A stretch of 64,000 nucleotides of DNA from Syntrophales bacterium (GCA_040767195.1 JAXGPA010000007.1:52764-116763); one strand, 5' to 3'. Positions 28,912-39,018 are shown, numbered from the stretch's first letter. Notes: a model not told the origin generated them from the letters alone. Translations and numbers: made by a program.

Positions 28912-29951
28912 ACCTGACCAGCACCCGCTACGCCTTTCTGTCAGCCTATGTGAAGGGGGAGGAGGCCCGGGGTGTCCAGGGAGAACACGTTTCGACGATC
29001 CTCCAGAGGGCCCGGACCGTCCAGGAAGCCCTGGAAATCATCCGGGACACCGATGTGGGAGAGGCGCTCCGGGAAGAAACCTGGAAAACCTACCCCGAAT
29101 TCGAAAGCCGCCTCTGGAATGCCCTGTCGGAAAACCTGGCCCGGGTCCGCCGCTTCGCCCTTCCCGAGGGCATGGGAACCATGATACGGGTTTTTCTCAA
29201 CCGGTTCGATCTTTTGAACATCAAGCTCGCCCTTCGGGCCGTTCAGGAGGAAAAGTCCTTCGTTCCCGTGCCGCTTGGCTCACTCCACGACGAGGGACTT
29301 CTCGACGACCTGTCCCGGGTGAAAACCCTTCCCGATCTCGCCTCTTATCTGCCGGCGGCGGGCCTGGGTGAATACGGCGATATCCTGTGGGACGTCAAGG
29401 AACTGGATGAAAAAATTATCCTCGACCTGGAGCGGGTTCTCGACGGTTTTTACAACGAACGGTGGGTAAAAACCCTGGGGAGCCTGGACGAAGGGTCCCT
29501 TTTGGTCCGGGTACAGGGGATTTTTATCGATTATGCCAACCTCCGCGCGGTGTTCCGGCTCGTTACCGGGGGCCGGGGAGCCGTGTCGGAGAACATATTT
29601 CTCGAGGGCGGCCACCTTCTGGACATGGCCACTCTCAGGGAATTTCTCACCCTCAGTCCTGGCGAGATCGTCACGCGGCTTGGCAACACCGAATACGAGT
29701 ATGCCGTGTCCGACCTGGCCCGGGGCCTGGAGAAGGGAAAGTCCGTCGGAACCATCGACCAGATCCTGGACCGCCACCTGTACCGGACCGTCCGGTACCT
29801 GCTGGCACCCCGGGCCCTGTCTCCCTGTACCCTTTTATGGTATCTCCTCGTCAAGGAACTGGAAGCGAGGAACCTGAGAATGATTTTCAAGGTTCTTCAT
29901 GATGGCGTCCCTGTCGGGGAAATTCGGGATTTCATGGTGATGGCCACATGA
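28908..29951 (+). CDS. atpC: A/V-type ATPase subunit C (d)
   Basis: RYAFLSAYV, DLLNIK, IDYANLR and KELEARNLRMI motifs; operon position. Confidence 0.88.
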   Translation: MNLTSTRYAFLSAYVKGEEARGVQGEHVSTILQRARTVQEALEIIRDTDVGEALREETWKTYPEFESRLWNALSENLARVRRFALPEGMGTMIRVFLNRFDLLNIKLALRAVQEEKSFVPVPLGSLHDEGLLDDLSRVKTLPDLASYLPAAGLGEYGDILWDVKELDEKIILDLERVLDGFYNERWVKTLGSLDEGSLLVRVQGIFIDYANLRAVFRLVTGGRGAVSENIFLEGGHLLDMATLREFLTLSPGEIVTRLGNTEYEYAVSDLARGLEKGKSVGTIDQILDRHLYRTVRYLLAPRALSPCTLLWYLLVKELEARNLRMIFKVLHDGVPVGEIRDFMVMAT

Positions 29952-30304
29952 GAGGAATGGACGATTTTCAGATTGCCGTGATCGGAAACCGGGACGAGAC
30001 CAACCTGTTGCGGCTCACCGGCGTCCGGAAATACGTGCTTTTCGATGAAGAGGACCGGGGCCTTCCGGAAAAGCTCCGGACAGCTCTCGACGATCTGGCC
30101 AAGGACCCTTCCGTGGGGCTTGTCCTGGTTCCCGATGCGTGGGTGGAACATGTTCGGGACAAGATGAAAAAGATCCGGTCGGAGAAACGGGCGAAGACGG
30201 TCATCATCGAATACCCCGCCCGATACCGGGAGGAAGAGCGGGATATCCGTCAATACTACAAGGCCCTGACGAGAAGCCTCATAGGCTTCAACGTGGAGAT
30301 CTGA
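29948..30304 (+). CDS. atpF: A/V-type ATPase subunit F
   Basis: IAVIGNRD...RLTGV, IIEYP and IGFNV motifs. Confidence 0.88.
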   Translation: MRGMDDFQIAVIGNRDETNLLRLTGVRKYVLFDEEDRGLPEKLRTALDDLAKDPSVGLVLVPDAWVEHVRDKMKKIRSEKRAKTVIIEYPARYREEERDIRQYYKALTRSLIGFNVEI

Positions 30305-30309
30305 CCCGG

Positions 30310-30362
30310 TGACGGGGGGAGTAAGGGCAGCGCAGCCTGCGGGTTTTTTCACGAAGTCGTCA
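30310..30362. repeat. Right-half remnant of the MITE-like repeat at 14194-14359
   Basis: TGACGGGGGGAGTAAGGGCAGCGCAGCCTGCGGGTTTTTTCACGAAGTCGTCA aligns with TGACGAGGGATGAAGGGCAACGCAGCATATGGATCTTTTTACGAAGTCGTCA (14308-14359). Confidence 0.75.
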
Positions 30363-30388
30363 AAATAACGGGAAGAGAGGCGCTTGCT

Positions 30389-32143
30389 ATGGGAAGGATT
30401 TGGAGAGTTTCAGGTCCCGTCGTTATTGCCGAGGATATGCGGGGTTCCCAGGTCTACGAGGTGGTGGACGTGGGAGACGAGAGACTCACCGGGGAAATCA
30501 TCGGCCTCGAGCAGGATAAGGCGGTCATCCAGGTATACGAAGACACGGTGGGCCTCCGGGTAGGGGAACCGGTGGTGGGGACCGGCGAGATCCTCATGTG
30601 CGAACTGGGTCCCGGCATGGTGGGAAACATCTATGACGGCGTACAGCGGTCCCTGGTCACCATGATCGAGGACATCGGGGATTTCCTGCACCGGGGAGTC
30701 CGCACGGACGCCCTGGACCGGAACAGGAAATGGGAATTCGTACCCACCGTGAAGGCCGGAGACACCGTTCAGGAAGGGGACGTCATCGGGACCGTTCAGG
30801 AAACCGGTCTCATCGAGCACCGGATCATGGTACCCATAGGGCTGGGCGGCAAGATTCTCGAGATCAGCGAGGGGAAATTCACCATCCTCGACACCGTCGC
30901 CGTCCTGGAAGAGAACGGCACGAAAACCCCCCTCACCCTTATGCAGCGCTGGCCCGTTCGGAAACCCCGGCTGTACAAGCGCCGCCTCGACCCGGTCAAC
31001 CTCCTCGTCACGGGGACGCGGATCATCGACTATCTCTTTCCACTGGCCCTGGGCGGCAAGGCGGCCATCCCCGGCGGATTCGGTACCGGCAAAACGGTGA
31101 ATCTCCAGCAGATGGCCCGCTGGTCCCAGACCCAGCTCAACATCTACGTGGGCTGCGGCGAGCGGGGAAACGAGATGGCCGACGTCCTCCACAGCTTCAA
31201 GAAACTCCGGGACCCGAACACGGACCGGCTTCTCCAGGAAAAAGAGATCTTCATCGCCAACACCTCCAACATGCCCGTGGTGGCCCGGGAGATCAGCATC
31301 TTCATCGGCATCACCATGGCGGAGTACTTCCGCGACATGGGCTATGACATCCTTCTCGTGGCCGACTCCACGTCCCGCTGGGCCGAAGCCATGCGGGAGA
31401 TCGGGGCCCGGCTCGAGGAAACGCCGGGCGAGGAAGGATTCCCCACGTACCTGGGTTCCCGGCTCGCCACCTTCTACGAACGGTCGGGGAGGGTGGAGTG
31501 CCTCGGCCGGCCGGAACGGACCGGGTCGGCCACCGTCATCGGCTCCGTGAGCCCGCCGGGGGCCGACTTCAGCGAACCGGTCACCCAGTCCACCCTGCGG
31601 ATCGTCGACGCGCTCTATTCCCTTGACGTGGCCCTGGCCAACCGGCGCCACTTTCCTACCATCAACTGGCTTCAGAGCTACAGCCTTTACTCCGATTCGG
31701 TGGGCCTGTGGTGGAAGAAGGAAGTGGATCCCGAGTATCACACCGTCCGGGACCGGGCCCTGGTGACGCTCCAGCGGGAGGCGGAACTGGAGGAAATCGT
31801 CCGCCTTGTCGGTCCCGAGGCCCTTCCCGAGGAAGACCGGCTTCTCCTTCTCGTGGCCCGCATGATCCGGGAGGATTTTCTCATGCAGAGCGCTTACCAT
31901 CCCGTAGACACATACACCCCCCCGGAGAGGTCCCACAAGATGCTCGCCACCATTATCCGGTTTGCCGACACGGCCCGGGAACTCTCCGAGCAGGGCATGA
32001 TGGTCAATGAAATCCAGGGGCTCAAAATCGTCCCCCGGATTTCGAGAATGAAGGACGTTCCCCTGGAGGAACTGGACACCTACATCAAAGATCTCTGGTC
32101 GGACATGGAAAAGCTCGTGACGACCCGTGAAGGAGGGATGTGA
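30389..32143 (+). CDS. atpA: A/V-type ATPase catalytic subunit A
   Basis: GGFGTGKT, GCGERGNEM, ANTSNMPVVARE and DSTSRWAEA motifs; no intein. Confidence 0.97.
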   Translation: MGRIWRVSGPVVIAEDMRGSQVYEVVDVGDERLTGEIIGLEQDKAVIQVYEDTVGLRVGEPVVGTGEILMCELGPGMVGNIYDGVQRSLVTMIEDIGDFLHRGVRTDALDRNRKWEFVPTVKAGDTVQEGDVIGTVQETGLIEHRIMVPIGLGGKILEISEGKFTILDTVAVLEENGTKTPLTLMQRWPVRKPRLYKRRLDPVNLLVTGTRIIDYLFPLALGGKAAIPGGFGTGKTVNLQQMARWSQTQLNIYVGCGERGNEMADVLHSFKKLRDPNTDRLLQEKEIFIANTSNMPVVAREISIFIGITMAEYFRDMGYDILLVADSTSRWAEAMREIGARLEETPGEEGFPTYLGSRLATFYERSGRVECLGRPERTGSATVIGSVSPPGADFSEPVTQSTLRIVDALYSLDVALANRRHFPTINWLQSYSLYSDSVGLWWKKEVDPEYHTVRDRALVTLQREAELEEIVRLVGPEALPEEDRLLLLVARMIREDFLMQSAYHPVDTYTPPERSHKMLATIIRFADTARELSEQGMMVNEIQGLKIVPRISRMKDVPLEELDTYIKDLWSDMEKLVTTREGGM

Positions 32144-33546
32144 TGGAAGCACGGCAACTCTTCACCCGGGAGACAAAAGCCATCAGCACGGCCCGGCGCT
32201 CCCTTCTGGTCATCGAAAGCATTCCCGGTATCCGGTACAACGAGATCGTGGAAGTACAGCTGGGAACCGGTGAAACCCGGGTCGGCCAGGTCATCGAGGT
32301 GGGGAAGATCACCACCGTCGTCCAGGTCTTCGGCGGGGTGAGCGAGGTGGACCTCCTGAACAGCCGGGTCGAGTACAAGGGGCAGACCCAGAGGCTCCCT
32401 GTTTCCCCGGACATCCTGGGCCGGATTTTCGACGGCAGCGGAAACCCCATAGACGGCGGCCCCCCTATCGTGGCGGACGCCTACCACGACATCAACGGCG
32501 TTCCGGCCAACCCGGCGTCCCGGTTGCCGCCGGCGGAATTCATCGAAACGGGAATCTCCGTCATGGACGGCCTGAACGTCCTCGTCCGGGGCCAGAAGCT
32601 CCCCCTTTTCAGCGGGTCCGGGCTTCCCCACAACCGGATCGCCGCGCAGATCGTCCGCCAGGCGGCCCTGAAGAGAAAAGCGGAGGAATTCGCCATCGTC
32701 TTCGCCGCCATCGGCGTGAGCTTCGACGACGCGGCCTACTTCATCGCCAACCTGGAAGAAACGGGGGCCCTGAACCGGGCCATCGGGTTCATCAACACCG
32801 CCTCCTCCCCGGTCATCGAGCGCCTCTCCACGCCCCGGCTCGCGCTGACGGCGGCGGAATATCTCGCCTGGGAAAGGGACATGCACGTCCTCGTCGTTCT
32901 CACCGACATCACGAACTACTGCGATGCCCTTCGGGAGCTGGCGGCCATGCGGGGAGAGATCCCCAGCCGCCGGGGCTACCCCGGGTACATGTACACCGAC
33001 CTCGCCACCATGTACGAGCGGGCGGGGCGGATCTCGGGCAAGGAGGGGTCGGTGACGATCCTTCCCATCCTCACCATGCCCGACGACGACATCACCCACC
33101 CGATCCCGGACCTGACGGGGTACATCACCGAGGGGCAGATCGTCCTCTCCCGGCCCCTCGAAAGGAAGCGGATCTACCCGCCCATCGACGTGTTCCTCTC
33201 ACTGTCGAGGATGATGAAAGAGGGTATCGGCGAGGGGAACACCCGGGAAGACCACAACAACGTTTTCATGCAGTCCTATGCCATGTACGCCGAGGGCAAT
33301 TACCTTCGGGAGATTTCCACGGTCATCGGGTCCGACGCCCTGAGCGACCGGGACCGGATTTATCTTTCCGCGTCGGACCGCTTCGAGCGGGAATTCATTT
33401 CCCAGGGTGAATTTGAGCGCCGGTCCGTCGAGGAAACCCTGGAAATCGCCTGGAATATCTTTTCAATGGTACCCCAGGAAGATCTCAAGCTGATCCAGGA
33501 GAAGTTCATCCAGAAGTATCTGCCGAAGAAAGGAAAGACGTCGTAA
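32140..33546 (+). CDS. atpB: A/V-type ATPase subunit B
   Basis: RGQKLPLFSGSGLPHN, RRGYPGYMYTDL and THPIPDLTGYITEGQI motifs. Confidence 0.97.
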   Translation: MMEARQLFTRETKAISTARRSLLVIESIPGIRYNEIVEVQLGTGETRVGQVIEVGKITTVVQVFGGVSEVDLLNSRVEYKGQTQRLPVSPDILGRIFDGSGNPIDGGPPIVADAYHDINGVPANPASRLPPAEFIETGISVMDGLNVLVRGQKLPLFSGSGLPHNRIAAQIVRQAALKRKAEEFAIVFAAIGVSFDDAAYFIANLEETGALNRAIGFINTASSPVIERLSTPRLALTAAEYLAWERDMHVLVVLTDITNYCDALRELAAMRGEIPSRRGYPGYMYTDLATMYERAGRISGKEGSVTILPILTMPDDDITHPIPDLTGYITEGQIVLSRPLERKRIYPPIDVFLSLSRMMKEGIGEGNTREDHNNVFMQSYAMYAEGNYLREISTVIGSDALSDRDRIYLSASDRFEREFISQGEFERRSVEETLEIAWNIFSMVPQEDLKLIQEKFIQKYLPKKGKTS

Positions 33547-33547
33547 G

Positions 33548-34198
33548 ATGGCAGCGAAGATCCAGGTCACGCGGCCCACCAAGATCGAGCTGGCCCGCCT
33601 CAAGCGGCGGTACCGGCTTGCGACGCGAATCCAGAAGATCGTCAAGGACCGGCTTTCCATTCTTGTCATGGAGTTTCTCGAAACGGTCAAGGAATGCGCC
33701 ATCGTGAAGGAGCGTCAGGCGTCGGAATTCAACGAGGCCTACCGGGCCCTTTCCATGACCAGCGGGTATCTCGGGTCGGAGGAACTGGAAAAGGACCTTT
33801 TCGCCGTGGAGATGCCCCTGAAAATGGTGGGAAAGACCCGGAACGTGGCGGGAGTTCGCATTCCTCTCTTCGAGGTGGAGCGGGATGAAACCGTGGCCCT
33901 GAAAACCGCCGTCCGCCCCGGAATGACCGCCGTCGAGGAGGACACCATCACCGCGGCAAGGCGCTGCCTTGAATCGATCATCGAACTCGCGGAACTGGAG
34001 AATTCTCTCGAGCTGCTCGGGTCGGAAATCAACAAGGTGAAGCGGATCAACAACGCCCTGGAATACATCGTCATCCCGGGGCTGAATGCCACCATCCGCT
34101 ACCTCAACATGAAATTCGAGGAGCGGGACCGGGAGGAAAACGCCCGGCTGAAGTACGTCAAGCTCCTCATCGAGAAGCGGGAAGCCTATGCCTATTGA
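33548..34198 (+). CDS. atpD: A/V-type ATPase subunit D
   Basis: PTKIEL, NVAGVRIP and KRINNALEYIVIP motifs. Confidence 0.93.
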   Translation: MAAKIQVTRPTKIELARLKRRYRLATRIQKIVKDRLSILVMEFLETVKECAIVKERQASEFNEAYRALSMTSGYLGSEELEKDLFAVEMPLKMVGKTRNVAGVRIPLFEVERDETVALKTAVRPGMTAVEEDTITAARRCLESIIELAELENSLELLGSEINKVKRINNALEYIVIPGLNATIRYLNMKFEERDREENARLKYVKLLIEKREAYAY

Positions 34199-34622
34199 TG
34201 ACGACCCGTCCACCCGGGACAGCGGGCTCGAGGGGGCCGTGGCGGAGGATTTCCGGATTCTCAACACCCAGGCCCCCCGGCGGAAGAAGTCCCTGGCGGC
34301 GCTGCTTCGGGAACCCCACCCGTCGGTGCCCTGCCATGACGGGAACGACCATCACTTCCGGAAAGGCGAGCTCGAAAGGCTGGCCGCGATTCTCGGGGAG
34401 GAGGAGAGGGAGGAACTTCTTCTTCCCCTGCTCATCGAAATATCCGGGGAGGCCCGGGAACTGAAAGTTCGGACGAAAACGGGCGTGGAGGCCAAGGTTC
34501 TCGAATCCCTTCTCCGGATGCCCGTGGACCGCCGGAAAGGCGAGATATTCCTTTCCCGGAAGCAGCTCCCGGTGATACGGCGGCTTTTGAAGACATCGAC
34601 GCAGTATATTTTTCTCGTATAA
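34188..34622 (+). CDS. DUF61 (UPF0216)-like protein
   Basis: LNTQAPRRKKSLAALLREPHP...DGNDHHF..GEL and LLLPLLIE resemble the archaeal DUF61 pattern as I recall it. Confidence 0.65.
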   Translation: MPIDDDPSTRDSGLEGAVAEDFRILNTQAPRRKKSLAALLREPHPSVPCHDGNDHHFRKGELERLAAILGEEEREELLLPLLIEISGEARELKVRTKTGVEAKVLESLLRMPVDRRKGEIFLSRKQLPVIRRLLKTSTQYIFLV

Positions 34623-34646
34623 CCGATCCCGCAGGAGGTAGGATCC

Positions 34647-34967
34647 ATGGCGGAACCCATCCAGACGACCATAGGAAACATGGAAAAGGAAGCAGAAAAG
34701 ATCCTCGGGGAGGCGAAGGAAAATGCCCGGAAACTCCTGGAGGAGGGGAGAGTCAAATCAAAGGACATCCTCTCGCAATCCGTTCCCATGGACGACATTG
34801 AAAAGGAAAAGAAGAGGATCCTGCAGGAGGCCGACGAAGAGGCGAAGATACGCCGGGACACCTCGGAGAAGCGGGTCGCCCAGGTCCGGGCCACGGCCCC
34901 GGACAAGCGGGAAGCGGAAGTCCGGAACCTCCTGGACGCCCTCCAGCCTTCCAAGGCCGCCCGTTAA
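34647..34967 (+). CDS. Probable A/V-type ATPase peripheral stalk subunit H/G
   Basis: 106-aa charged coiled coil (EKEAEKILGEAKENARKLL); strong AGGAGG RBS; last gene of the operon. Confidence 0.65.
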   Translation: MAEPIQTTIGNMEKEAEKILGEAKENARKLLEEGRVKSKDILSQSVPMDDIEKEKKRILQEADEEAKIRRDTSEKRVAQVRATAPDKREAEVRNLLDALQPSKAAR

Positions 34968-35311
34968 AAAAAGAACGGAGTCAGGTTCCGGATGCCGGCG
35001 GCCCGTCGAAAAATCCGGATTCGGGGCCTGACTTTCCGCTGTTCCTGTCCGTTCCCTCACCCCTCACCCGCCCGACATCGGGCCCGTGTTCAAAATCCAT
35101 AACATGTAATCCCGATGGTTCGACCTGAATGGGGTTGCCCGGGTCTGTTTCCAAGAGGTAAAAAACGTCTCGTTGACATTGTCCAGGAAATACTATATTA
35201 CCTTTTGGCGATATCAACAGGCCGCTCTCCGCCTTTGCCCCGGTTTGCATGGATTCAGGGCACCTTTCGAGACGGCGAGACGGATCATTTTATTGAAAGG
35301 GAGACGGTTCC

Positions 35312-35773
35312 ATGGGTATAATGGGATTTAAGAGGATCGCCACGATTTTTTTCGTTTCGGTCTGTTTATGGGCGGGAAACAGCCTCATCGCCGGGCAGGC
35401 CGGGGGAGCGGTGGAAGAGGGGGGTCCGGGTCACTACGTCCAAGTTTACTATTTCCACGGCAAGGTGCGTTGTCACTCTTGCAACATGATCGAAAAACTG
35501 ACTCTCGAAACGGTCCGGGCCTTCTTTCCTGAGGAGCTTGAGAAAGGTCGCCTGAAACTGTCCGTTGTCAATGTCAGTGACGGGGAAAACGAGCACTTTG
35601 TTCAAGATTACAGGCTTTACTCACAGTCTGTCATCTTGTCGGAAATGAAGGACGGAAAGCAGGTGAGTTGGAAGAACCTGATCCGGGTCTGGGAACTTCT
35701 TAACGATGAAAGTCAGTTCAAAGACTACGTCCGGGGAGAAGTAAGCACTTTCCTGGAGAAGACAAATGAATGA
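35312..35773 (+). CDS. ArsF-like exported thioredoxin-fold protein
   Basis: Signal peptide; VYYFHGKVRCHSC, NEHF and WKNL..VW motifs. Confidence 0.75.
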   Translation: MGIMGFKRIATIFFVSVCLWAGNSLIAGQAGGAVEEGGPGHYVQVYYFHGKVRCHSCNMIEKLTLETVRAFFPEELEKGRLKLSVVNVSDGENEHFVQDYRLYSQSVILSEMKDGKQVSWKNLIRVWELLNDESQFKDYVRGEVSTFLEKTNE

Positions 35774-36461
35774 ATTTGTCATCGGTTTAGGTATGGCGGC
35801 CTGGTTCGGGATCCTGACCTCCATAAGCCCCTGTCCCCTGGCCTCGAATATCGCCGCCGTTTCCTATATCGGCGGGCAGCAACAAGGGCCCCGGCGGGTT
35901 CTTCTCGCCGGGGCGCTCTACACGGCGGGAAGGGCCCTGACGTACACCCTCCTGGGGGCGGTTCTGGTCTCCAGCACAGGGTATATTTCCCCGGTGGCTA
36001 ATTTCCTGCAGACGTGGATGAATATCCTCCTCGGACCAATCCTTGTCATGGTGGGGCTTGTTCTTCTCGATGTCATTCATTTCGGGAGTTTCGGACTCCA
36101 GGGACGGTTCGGCGATAGAATCCACACCCGTATCGGTGAGACCGGCATCTGGGGTGCCGGCATCCTTGGAATCGTCTTTGCCCTTTCCTTCTGTCCCGTG
36201 TCGGCGGCTCTTTTCTTCGGGAGCCTTTTTTCGGTCGCCTTCCAGTATCAGTCTCCCATCGCCATGCCGGCCCTGTTCGGTATCGGAACGGCTTTGCCCG
36301 TGGTCGTTTTTGCCCTGGTGATCGGGTTCGCTTCCGGGGCCGTGAATCGCATCTTTCAGGGAGTCACCCGTTTCGAATGGTGGGCCCGGAAGATAACTGC
36401 CGTCGTTTTCATCGGGGCCGGCGGATACTACATGAGCCGCTACATTTTCGCGTGGATATAA
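35766..36461 (+). CDS. ArsG/CcdA-like membrane protein
   Basis: GILTSISPCPLASN and ALSFCPVS motifs (DsbD/CcdA-type Cys pair); about 6 TMs. Confidence 0.8.
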   Translation: MNEFVIGLGMAAWFGILTSISPCPLASNIAAVSYIGGQQQGPRRVLLAGALYTAGRALTYTLLGAVLVSSTGYISPVANFLQTWMNILLGPILVMVGLVLLDVIHFGSFGLQGRFGDRIHTRIGETGIWGAGILGIVFALSFCPVSAALFFGSLFSVAFQYQSPIAMPALFGIGTALPVVVFALVIGFASGAVNRIFQGVTRFEWWARKITAVVFIGAGGYYMSRYIFAWI

Positions 36462-36520
36462 TGAACGGAAACACTTTCGATGACAATCCTCCATAAATGG
36501 CCGGCGCAACCAGTCATATC

Positions 36521-36565
36521 TTGACAGGATGGCTCGGCGTTTATATATTCATAAATATGAATATA
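36521..36565 (+). promoter_or_regulatory. Sigma70 promoter with overlapping ArsR/SmtB-type operator
   Basis: TTGACA(36521)-17 nt-TATATT(36544); perfect 10-2-10 palindrome TATATTCATA-AA-TATGAATATA at 36544-36565. Confidence 0.75.
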
Positions 36566-36689
36566 CTTAGCTCCTGCTCCCTTCGGTTTTTTTCCGGTCA
36601 ACTTTCTACCGCGACAGACCGCTGATGAGGCTCCGGGGTATTTCGAAAAACCGGGACGCTTTTGGAAAGAGAAAAGGAGAAACGATCCC

Positions 36690-37751
36690 ATGATCGAAAA
36701 ATTAATTGTTGCCGGTTTTCTTGCTTTGCAGGATTACATCGCCACCCATGTCCTCACGTGCCTGGTGCCGGCGTTCTTTCTTGCAGGGGCCATCGTCACG
36801 TTCGTCCGGAAAGAGGCGATCATCCGATATCTCGGGGAGGGGGCCAGCAAGATAAAATCCTTTTCCCTGGCCAGCGTTTCGAGCTTCATGATCGCAGCCT
36901 GCTCATGCACCGTGATTCCCGTGGCCAGCGGCCTCTTTTACGGCGGCGCCGGTGTCGGCGTGGCGTTCATCATCCTCTGGGTGGCCCCGGCCTCGAATAT
37001 CCTGGCCCTCACCTACACGGGGACGATCCTGGGAAGCTCCATGGTCATCTCCAGGATCGTGGCGGCCCTTCTCATGGCCTTTATCATCGGGTTCGTCATG
37101 ACGGCTTTTTTCGGAAAACGGGACGACAGCGACGAAGGCGTCCCTAAAGTTTTTCCAGGAGAAGAAGAGGAAAAAATAAGGCTCATCGGCCGCAACGAAG
37201 TCATCCTTCTCGTGCTGATCGTTCTGTCTCTTCTGAGCCCCAATTATTTTGTCCAGAAAGGGCCCTATCTTCAAAAAGTTCTCGTCTGGGGGGGCTTCAC
37301 CCTTGCCACTGCCGTTTTTGCCATAAAGGTACTCACCCGGGAGCAGATTGTCGCCTGGCTCAGGGAAACGTGGTGGTTCGTCCGGATTATCCTGCCACTC
37401 CTTCTCGTGGGGGTTTTTATCGTCGGTATCATAGGCGTGCTGATTCCGGAAGAATGGATCCGGACCTGGCTCGGGGGAAATTCCCTGTCCGCCTCCTTCC
37501 TGGCTACCATGCTCGGGGCCGTGAGCTACTTTGCCACCATGACCGAGGCGCCTTTCGTGGATACCCTCATGAATTTGGGCATGGGAAAAGGGCCGGCCCT
37601 GACGCTTCTTCTCACCGGGCCGGGCTGCAGCCTTCCCAACTGGATCGCCACCGCCCGGGTTTTCGGGCTGAAAAGAGCCGTCGTTTATGTCATCACCATC
37701 ATCATCCTGGGAACCCTCATGGGGTGGTTTTTCGGAAATTTCATTCTTTAG
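36690..37751 (+). CDS. ArsP/DUF318 family permease
   Basis: HVLTCLVPAFF, ACSCTVIP, YFATMTE, GMGKGPAL and GPGCSLP motifs. Confidence 0.88.
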   Translation: MIEKLIVAGFLALQDYIATHVLTCLVPAFFLAGAIVTFVRKEAIIRYLGEGASKIKSFSLASVSSFMIAACSCTVIPVASGLFYGGAGVGVAFIILWVAPASNILALTYTGTILGSSMVISRIVAALLMAFIIGFVMTAFFGKRDDSDEGVPKVFPGEEEEKIRLIGRNEVILLVLIVLSLLSPNYFVQKGPYLQKVLVWGGFTLATAVFAIKVLTREQIVAWLRETWWFVRIILPLLLVGVFIVGIIGVLIPEEWIRTWLGGNSLSASFLATMLGAVSYFATMTEAPFVDTLMNLGMGKGPALTLLLTGPGCSLPNWIATARVFGLKRAVVYVITIIILGTLMGWFFGNFIL

Positions 37752-37760
37752 GAGGTATTC

Positions 37761-38006
37761 ATGAAAATCCAGGTCGCCGGACCGGGCTGTGCCCGATGCA
37801 CAACAGTGGAGAAAAACGTTATCGAAGCCGTTGCCGAACTGGGGATCGACGCTGACGTCTCCAAGATCAAGGATGTGAGGGACTACGCCAAGCTGGGCGT
37901 TCTTTTCACACCCGCCGTGGTCATCGACGGCAAGGTCGCCGTGGCGGGCAAGGTGCCCACCGTGGAAGAGCTGAAGAAAATAATATCTTCCGCAAGTAAT
38001 CAATAA
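37761..38006 (+). CDS. Small redox-active disulfide protein (MTH895/ArsE-like thioredoxin family)
   Basis: MKIQVAGPGCARC...TPAVVIDG..GKVP. Confidence 0.9.
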   Translation: MKIQVAGPGCARCTTVEKNVIEAVAELGIDADVSKIKDVRDYAKLGVLFTPAVVIDGKVAVAGKVPTVEELKKIISSASNQ

Positions 38007-38019
38007 CACGACGCTTATT

Positions 38020-38472
38020 GTGATAGGGGGTTCTGTGGTGGACAAATCAGAGACTCGGGAAAAAAAGAAGATTATCTTCTCCTGTTCGGGAGCGGCCAAC
38101 GTGGGGTTTCTGGCCCACCGGGCCGCTGTAGAGCTTGTCGAAGAAGGTTTCGCCCGGCCTTCTTGCCTTGCCGGTATCGGGGCCCACCTGAAAGGGTTCC
38201 TGAAGGCGGCGGCCGATTCGTCCAATATCGTCATCGACGGATGTGCCGTGGCTTGCGGTAAGACGATCCTGGAACACGCGTCCATCCCAGTGGCTTTGCA
38301 TCTCGTCATCACCGATCTTGGAATCGAAAAGAAGATGACCTCGGACATTCCGGGGGAGGATGTGGACAGGGTGAAGGAACTCCTCCAGTCACGGTGGGCG
38401 GCCGCGGAGTCCGGGAAGCCGGGGCGGGACCCATTCGATTCGGGAGAACCTCCCTGCGGGTGCTCGACATGA
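38020..38472 (+). CDS. DGC-domain putative zinc-binding protein (start may be about 38035)
   Basis: SCSGAANVG, CLAG and IDGCAVAC motifs; C-terminal CGC. Confidence 0.85.
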   Translation: MIGGSVVDKSETREKKKIIFSCSGAANVGFLAHRAAVELVEEGFARPSCLAGIGAHLKGFLKAAADSSNIVIDGCAVACGKTILEHASIPVALHLVITDLGIEKKMTSDIPGEDVDRVKELLQSRWAAAESGKPGRDPFDSGEPPCGCST

Positions 38473-38502
38473 ATGATGCCGGTCAGGATGAACGGGTGAA
38501 TC

Positions 38503-39018
38503 ATGGGTGAAAAAGACATCCTTCGGATCACCGTGGGCAACAACATGATCGGGATCGTCGGGCTCACGGGCGCCATGGATGAAATCGCCGCCGGCTATGC
38601 CTCTCGGTCCGACGAGGATGTCCGGGCGGCGCTGACGGCGCGATTGAGAAAGACGAACTACATACCCGGGCACATGGAGGAGGCTTACGGGAAGGCCTTC
38701 GTGCGGGAATTCAGGAAATATCTCGGGCAACCCTTTGAGAAGGAGCCCGACGGAGCGTTTTTGGAAGTGAAGATCCTCGGTCAGGGCTGCGCACGGTGCG
38801 ACGGGCTTCGGCAGGCGGTCATCGACGCCGCTTCCCGGCTGAATCTCCCCGTGGACGTGGAACATGTCACGGATTCCCGGGAATGCCAGCGGTATGGTGT
38901 TTTCGGATTTCCAGCCCTGGTTGTCAACGGGACCGTCCGGAGCGTGGATGCCATACCATCGACGAAGGCGATTGAAAGATGGCTTTCCGATGACCCGGTG
39001 TCCCTTAAAGAGACATGA
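38503..39018 (+). CDS. Thioredoxin-family protein with N-terminal helical extension
   Basis: N-terminal IGIVGL...NYIP...Y domain followed by VKILGQGCARC...PALVVNG. Confidence 0.8.
   Translation: MGEKDILRITVGNNMIGIVGLTGAMDEIAAGYASRSDEDVRAALTARLRKTNYIPGHMEEAYGKAFVREFRKYLGQPFEKEPDGAFLEVKILGQGCARCDGLRQAVIDAASRLNLPVDVEHVTDSRECQRYGVFGFPALVVNGTVRSVDAIPSTKAIERWLSDDPVSLKET

Noticed and set aside
30410..33099. Long minus-strand ORFs opposite atpA/atpB (similar ones lie opposite eno, the acyl-CoA ligase and panE/gyaR)
   Set aside because: In-register antisense frames lacking stops because of high GC3; not supported as genes.
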